In this document: positions 59,350 through 64,000 of the stretch, piece after piece
How the letters are laid out: each line of letters opens with the position of its first letter
How positions within the stretch are numbered: position 1 is the first letter of the stretch
DNA from: a bacterium
GTDB lineage: Bacteria > Zixibacteria > MSB-5A5 > GN15 > FEB-12
DNA: 64,000 nucleotides
Reading direction: 5' to 3'
NCBI GenBank assembly: GCA_043811375.1
Contig: JBDRNJ010000044.1
Coordinates: 4,575 to 68,574 of the forward strand
Position numbers and translations under genes: made by a program
Notes under the pieces: model-generated
What the model was told of the DNA's origin: nothing
Databases searched by the model: none
What the model saw: the letters and a program-made list of their open reading frames with translations, nothing else

Positions 59350-59374
59350 GCCGCCTTCACCGGCGGCTTTTTTT
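59350..59374 (+). terminator. rho-independent terminator of the ferredoxin gene
   Basis: GCCGCC-TTCACC-GGCGGC followed by T7. Confidence 0.85.
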
Positions 59375-59698
59375 ATGCGGTGATTTTTCTCGTGGGTCGG
59401 TTCGGTACCGTCAACTACCGGCAAGCGGATTGGTGATAGGGCTGTCCCATAAGCAGGTTCGAGTAATCAATATTGGTGGGATACGAACCGCTATTTACGT
59501 TTACTATAATCATAACCATTTAAGACAACCTTGCAGATGACTTGATAAAAAAAGAGGGCGCTCCTCTGGTTGGGTAGAGGGGGCTAGGAAACTACCCAGG
59601 GACAGCAGAGAGTCACCCTCGACAAAGGTAATTTGTACTATGTTTGTCTATATGTCAAGTCTTTTTTCTTGGGGTTTCCCCGGAACTTGGAAATCGGC

Positions 59699-60418
59699 TC
59701 AATAGCGAGCCACTGTGACAGGTATTGTCACTCGCGTCGGCCTTGTCTGACCCTCCTTGGTGATCTGCAGCGTCAGACTGGAATGATGACTACCCCTGGC
59801 CAGATCGGACCGCGGGGTTACCTCGAGTTGAACTGCCTTGTCCCTGGCAGCCCGATCCTTGCGAAAATTCACGGTAAACGATGTATCAGCCTGCTCAAGG
59901 ACAGAAACCTGGATTTCCTTGAAGGATGTATTGTTGATAGAAATCTTCTTGGAGTTGTGAGAGGGCAGGAAGAACAGGGCTGCCGGTTTCGGTTGGAGAT
60001 CCCGGTACCACTGACCGATGATAGCTGTATAGGCGTATTCAATTGTGGGTACTGATGGTCGATCAAGGGTTACCGTAAACGTATGCTTGGTCAATCCATA
60101 GAAATCCTTGGTATTGAATGTCAGGCGGAAGAAGGTAGTATCACCCGGCTCGATTTCCCGTTTTAGTATCGTTACCGAGGAACAGTCACAGGATGAAACG
60201 GCATCGATAATCCTCAGACGGCTGTCGGTGCGGTTAACCAGTGGAAACAGATGGTAAACGGTGTAGTCGATACCGATGTGGCCGAATTCATATTCCAACT
60301 CCTCCGGCAGTACCCCAAAATCCCCTACAACTACATTTACCTCTTGTCCCCGGATGTGCCCGGGCGCTATCAAGGTGAATGCCATCAAGAACACCAACCA
60401 TCGACAATTAGCTCTCAT
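59699..60418 (-). CDS. DUF1573 domain-containing secreted protein
   Basis: Signal peptide. EYEFGHIGIDYTVYHLFPLVNRTDSRLRIIDAVSSCDCS matches the DUF1573 pattern (CDC). ATGA overlap with the upstream cysteine-synthase-like gene. Confidence 0.75.
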   Translation of the reverse strand: MRANCRWLVFLMAFTLIAPGHIRGQEVNVVVGDFGVLPEELEYEFGHIGIDYTVYHLFPLVNRTDSRLRIIDAVSSCDCSSVTILKREIEPGDTTFFRLTFNTKDFYGLTKHTFTVTLDRPSVPTIEYAYTAIIGQWYRDLQPKPAALFFLPSHNSKKISINNTSFKEIQVSVLEQADTSFTVNFRKDRAARDKAVQLEVTPRSDLARGSHHSSLTLQITKEGQTRPTRVTIPVTVARY

Positions 60419-61446
60419 GAACAGTGACCAACCTCCTTCTCCGACGGCAGAAAACCATGTTTCCGCATCCAGTTATCATTGTAGCACTTACTGAGATAGC
60501 GTATGCCGGCGTCGCCAAAGATGCCGACTATTACCGCTTCAGGTCCGGATTTGACGGCCACTTTCTCCATAGCCCAGGCCACGGATCCGGAAGAGCCGCC
60601 CCCGCAAATGCCTTCACGGGAAGCAATTAACCGAGCCCGTTGAAACGAATCGGCGTCGGATACGGTAATTACTTCATCTACCAATTCGCGATGCAGTGCC
60701 TCGGTAATCACATCTGAACCGATTCCTTCAACCTGGTACTGGTGTCCTTCGACGGTTTTACTGTTTTTGATATACTCAGTAAATACCGACCCTTCCGGGT
60801 CAACAGCTATTGTCCTAATGGCCGGGTTTTTCTCCTTCAGGAATCGAGCGGCTCCTGAAAAAGTACCGCCGGTCCCGATACCGGCTACGAAGTGTGTGAT
60901 CGTGCCATCGGTATCGTCCCAGATTTCCGGCCCGGTGGTCAGGTAGTGGGCTTGAACATTATCCTGATTGTTATACTGATCGATATCGAAATAGCCCTTT
61001 TCGGCAGCCAGTCGGCGGGCCACAATCCAGAATCCTTCCGGATCGTCATGCCTGTCGGTGGTGGGAGTGACAATTACCTCGGCGCCATAGGACTTGATCA
61101 GATCGATTTTCTCCTGGCTGGTTTTGTCCGGAGTGGTAATAACGGCTTTCAGGCCAAGTGTGGTTGCCACCATCGCCATCGCCACACCGGTGTTGCCGGA
61201 AGTATTGTCGACAATAGTGTCACCCGGTTTCAGGCGTCCCTCAGCGATCGCCTGGCTGACAATATGGTAAACCATACGATCCTTCAGCGAACCGGTCGGG
61301 CTCATAAACTCCAGTTTCACAAATGCCTCAGGCCCGTTATCCGGAATGCCGGTTCTCAGCCGCACCAGGGGCGTGTGGCCTATGAGCTCAAGTATGTTAT
61401 CATGTGTTCGCATGGGCTGTATTTCGCTTTGCCGCAGTTTAGGCAA
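60415..61446 (-). CDS. PLP-dependent cysteine synthase / cystathionine beta-synthase family protein
   Basis: PLP-lysine motif SPTGSLKDR and phosphate loop GIGTGGTFSG. 343 aa. Confidence 0.85.
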   Translation of the reverse strand: MPKLRQSEIQPMRTHDNILELIGHTPLVRLRTGIPDNGPEAFVKLEFMSPTGSLKDRMVYHIVSQAIAEGRLKPGDTIVDNTSGNTGVAMAMVATTLGLKAVITTPDKTSQEKIDLIKSYGAEVIVTPTTDRHDDPEGFWIVARRLAAEKGYFDIDQYNNQDNVQAHYLTTGPEIWDDTDGTITHFVAGIGTGGTFSGAARFLKEKNPAIRTIAVDPEGSVFTEYIKNSKTVEGHQYQVEGIGSDVITEALHRELVDEVITVSDADSFQRARLIASREGICGGGSSGSVAWAMEKVAVKSGPEAVIVGIFGDAGIRYLSKCYNDNWMRKHGFLPSEKEVGHCS

Positions 61447-61611
61447 TTGTTATACAATGTTCAACCACATATTCCCTAAAAAAACGGCTCGCTTTTAGTT
61501 GACACTACCTATCAGGTTGGTGTTTATATGCTCCCGAATCGTCGTCATTGGGTCATTGGCGGCGGGATTGGAAAGAACAAAGTCTCTATCGTACAGAAAC
61601 GTGGAGGTCGG

Positions 61612-62082
61612 ATGAATATCTATAAGCTGTTGGTTCTGTTGGTGGTTCTGTTGCTGATGGGTCTCGGCTGCTCGCGTAAGCAGGAAGAGGCATCCCAGTT
61701 GGAGCAGGAAATGCTGGGTGGCGACGATACCACCGCTGATATGTTGGCGGCCGAATCACTTGCCGCCGACAGCTACGCAGCCGACATGGATGCCGGGGCT
61801 ATCCCGGTCGAGGAAGAACCGCAGGTTGAATTACAGCTAACTGAGGCGGCCGGCTATTTCGTCCAGATGGCGGCCTGTGAATCATCGGAGTATGCCCGCT
61901 ACCTGGCCGACAAATACGTTGCCCGGGGGTATGAGCCATACGTGACTACAACTACCTTAGACGGCCAGAAATACTACCGGGTTCGCATCGGTGGGCTGGA
62001 AACGCTGCAACAGGCCAAAGAACTGAAGGCTGAACTGACCGATAAGTACTCGATCGACGCCTGGATCAACAAAACGGACTAG
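61612..62082 (+). CDS. SPOR domain-containing lipoprotein
   Basis: Start at MNIYKLLVLLVVLLLMGLGCS (GGAGG RBS, lipobox). C-terminal SPOR-like region YFVQMAACESSEYARYLADKYVARGYEPYV...YYRVRIGGLETLQQAKELKAEL. Confidence 0.75.
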   Translation: MNIYKLLVLLVVLLLMGLGCSRKQEEASQLEQEMLGGDDTTADMLAAESLAADSYAADMDAGAIPVEEEPQVELQLTEAAGYFVQMAACESSEYARYLADKYVARGYEPYVTTTTLDGQKYYRVRIGGLETLQQAKELKAELTDKYSIDAWINKTD

Positions 62083-62292
62083 GAGGATCGCCTGGGCTCC
62101 TTCGGGGCATTCAGGGTGTTACCGGGATGCTGCGGCGTGTCGAGGGGGCGCGCACCACGTCTTCAGTGTGGCTGTGCGTAGCTTTAGCCCGGATTTCCCA
62201 TTTGAATCGGGGTTCTGGGATTGAGATGCGTTATTATATGGTGTATGGAAAGGATTTAACGGACATTTTGTCATCGCAAGTGGGAGAACCCA

Positions 62293-62424
62293 ATGGGTGA
62301 AGGATGCAAGGACGCTCTCAGGCTCAATTTTGATCGCAAATTGAAGCTCGAATTTCATCGAACTAAAGTTACCAGTGATGCCGGTTTGCTGGCCTACCGA
62401 GAGCTTGATGAAGTCTTGGGGTAG
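62293..62424 (+). pseudogene. N-terminal fragment of an IS1380-family transposase
   Basis: [43 protein letters not shown] resembles the conserved N-terminus of IS1380-type DDE transposases. Weak continuation in another frame to about 62500 ([20 protein letters not shown]), then homology ends. No DDE domain is present. Confidence 0.6.
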
Positions 62425-62776
62425 ACGAGGGGATGGCAGTGGTTGAGATCAGTGACAATCGGATTGGCCGCTTGAAATCAGTCCCCGTTAGTATAAGTTG
62501 ATATGGAAAGACATAGTCTTCTGTGGGGACAGAAAGCGAGGGTATGCCCAAAAACAGCTTCAGGAGAATTGGCGACTGCAAAACGCCGTCATTTTTGTGC
62601 TCATGGAACGGATCACTCTGGGAAGCGAAAAGATTATTGATAATTCGAAGAGACTTTTGTATTTTTTAGATGTTGAAAGGGACAAATTATGTTTTCGAAA
62701 ATTTCATCTGGGAAATCTCGGTTTAGGATAGGTCGCTGAGATTTCCCGTAGTAAAACTATGGATGAGCAGACCCTG

Positions 62777-62824
62777 ACAGGGTGTTGAATAAGTGTTCAG
62801 TCATACTCAATGGCTGGCACACTC
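62777..62824. repeat. 48-nt direct repeat E, copy 1
   Basis: ACAGGGTGTTGAATAAGTGTTCAGTCATACTCAATGGCTGGCACACTC. 40 of 48 nt identical to 63869-63916. Confidence 0.8.
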
Positions 62825-62859
62825 TATATTTACGTCAGATGAAGTGAAAGGAGTATCGG

Positions 62860-63600
62860 ATGAAGACACATCTTACCATCTGTATCCTGGTGTTGATTCT
62901 TTGTTCGGCTATCGCTATTGCCGGTGACTCCACAGAGCAGTCGGCACTCGAACCGTCAATTACGGTGAACGAAGTCCTAAAGCGGTATATCGATGCCGTG
63001 GGCGGTCGGGATGCTATCGAGAAACTCACTACTCGAGTGTCAAGCGGGCGACTGATTACCAATCTTCCGTCGAGAGAACCTCCCGTGTATGATTCCACTT
63101 CCTTTGAAACTTACGCCGGACTGCTTCATCGGTACCTGATGATCTCAACTACTCCTGATGGTGTCGAGCGGGCCGGATTCGATGGTAAAATCGGCTGGCG
63201 GCAAAATGCCGACGGGATCAAACGCGACGAACAGCCGTTGAGATCAAAGCCGGCCTGGCTTTTTGACCCGCAGGGTGCCTTGCACATCACGGACTATTTT
63301 CCGGACCTGACTGTAACCGGAATGGAGCAAATCTTCAACCGGCCTGTCTACCTGTTGGAATCGAAGGACCTTGAGCAAGCACAATACGGGCTTTACTTCG
63401 ATGTCGCCAGCGGTCTGCTGCTCCGTATCGGTTACTACTGGGACCTGCAGGATTACCGGACAGTGGATGATGTATTGATCCCTCACCGGGTAGTCACCAG
63501 CCGCAAGGGAGGATCGAGCACCTACCATTTCGACGAGGTGAAGCATAACGTGGCCCTGAATGATTCTCTGTTTGTTATGCCGACCGAACCGAAACAGTAA
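62860..63600 (+). CDS. hypothetical secreted protein
   Basis: 246 aa with a signal peptide MKTHLTICILVLILCSAIAIAG. No assignable motif. Bracketed by the E repeats. Confidence 0.55.
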   Translation: MKTHLTICILVLILCSAIAIAGDSTEQSALEPSITVNEVLKRYIDAVGGRDAIEKLTTRVSSGRLITNLPSREPPVYDSTSFETYAGLLHRYLMISTTPDGVERAGFDGKIGWRQNADGIKRDEQPLRSKPAWLFDPQGALHITDYFPDLTVTGMEQIFNRPVYLLESKDLEQAQYGLYFDVASGLLLRIGYYWDLQDYRTVDDVLIPHRVVTSRKGGSSTYHFDEVKHNVALNDSLFVMPTEPKQ

Positions 63601-63660
63601 AAGTAGAATCTTTTTAACCGCAATTGCCATATCTACAGGATTTGGAGACGTGAAGGCCAA

Positions 63661-63739
63661 AGCGAAGCTAATCGTGGCTGTTATATGGGTGTGCGGCGTA
63701 TGTCCACATGCACCGTGATTTGCCGGCAAATGTGGACAT
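63661..63739. repeat. repeat module C, copy C2 (intact hairpin)
   Basis: GTGTGCGGCGTATGTCCACATGCACCGTGATTTGCCGGCAAATGTGGACAT. Perfect 10-bp arms ATGTCCACAT (63700-63709) / ATGTGGACAT (63730-63739). Confidence 0.8.
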
Positions 63740-63868
63740 CTGCCTATCACAGGGATGGAACATAGAGATCACCACGCCCGCCTTCTGAGAGGACGAGGTG
63801 ATGAGGTTGAGTTATTTAGTAACGATGATTTGCCGCTCTGAGGTTTCCACACCCAAAAGTTATCTCTA

Positions 63869-63916
63869 ACAGGGTGTTGAAAAAGTGTTCTATCATGCTC
63901 AATTGCCAACACACTC
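63869..63916. repeat. 48-nt direct repeat E, copy 2
   Basis: ACAGGGTGTTGAAAAAGTGTTCTATCATGCTCAATTGCCAACACACTC, followed by the hairpin TCCCCGC-GAAA-GCGGGGA (63921-63938). Confidence 0.8.
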
Positions 63917-64000
63917 GTCATCCCCGCGAAAGCGGGGAGGTGGATTCAAATTTGAAGTGCAACATGTTATTCCAAAATATCTCTGCTGGTGTTAGAAAGT

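Noticed and set aside
61499-61530. TTGACA (61499-61504) followed 18-20 nt later by TTTATAT, considered as a sigma-70-type promoter for the SPOR gene.
   Set aside because: The spacing and -10 match are marginal, and FCB-type bacteria often use different promoter consensus sequences. The support is not strong enough to annotate it.

Overview
This is a 64-kb chromosomal segment, moderately GC-rich by eye, from a diderm bacterium. It is probably an uncultivated member of the FCB (Fibrobacteres-Chlorobi-Bacteroidetes) radiation, because it carries a T9SS-type C-terminal sorting domain, three DUF1573 proteins, two GWxTD proteins, dockerin- and cohesin-like modules, TolC, KdsB and OmpA-type proteins. 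About 55 protein-coding genes can be supported. I saw no rRNA, tRNA, CRISPR array, intact transposase or phage genes.

Housekeeping genes: glgP, pckA, fba, tyrS, PBP1A, membrane pyrophosphatase (hppA), pyrG, kdsB, a ferredoxin and a cysteine-synthase-like enzyme.

Envelope and transport genes:
- A LolA-like / 2x FtsX permease / ABC ATPase / beta-barrel cluster.
- A TolC-MFP-ATPase-2x permease (split MacB) cluster.
- A sugar ABC importer and a NatAB-like ABC-2 exporter.
- Three GT-C-like polytopic membrane proteins.
- A papain-like peptidase with PKD and dockerin modules.

Most interesting observations:
1. A translationally coupled four-gene membrane operon (23006-25870) of no family I recognise. 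It is built as a duplicated two-gene module and is followed by an unannotated zinc-ribbon micro-ORF.
2. A DUF1573 gene whose only interruption is an in-frame TGA exactly at the first Cys of the family's CGCT motif, with a hairpin 12 nt downstream. This is a selenocysteine candidate, or else a nonsense pseudogene.
3. A mosaic of short palindromic intergenic repeat families. One is a 176-bp element with 12-bp terminal inverted repeats. Its second copy sits inside the hairpin of another repeat, and that hairpin is restored when the element is removed, which is direct evidence of mobility.
4. Two +1 frameshifts in C5 runs that disrupt secreted-protein genes.
5. An 18-nt in-frame gap in hppA that removes a conserved Lys motif.
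6. A triply degenerate sigma-54-activator-like regulator.

All family calls come from motif recognition by eye. No database search was run.
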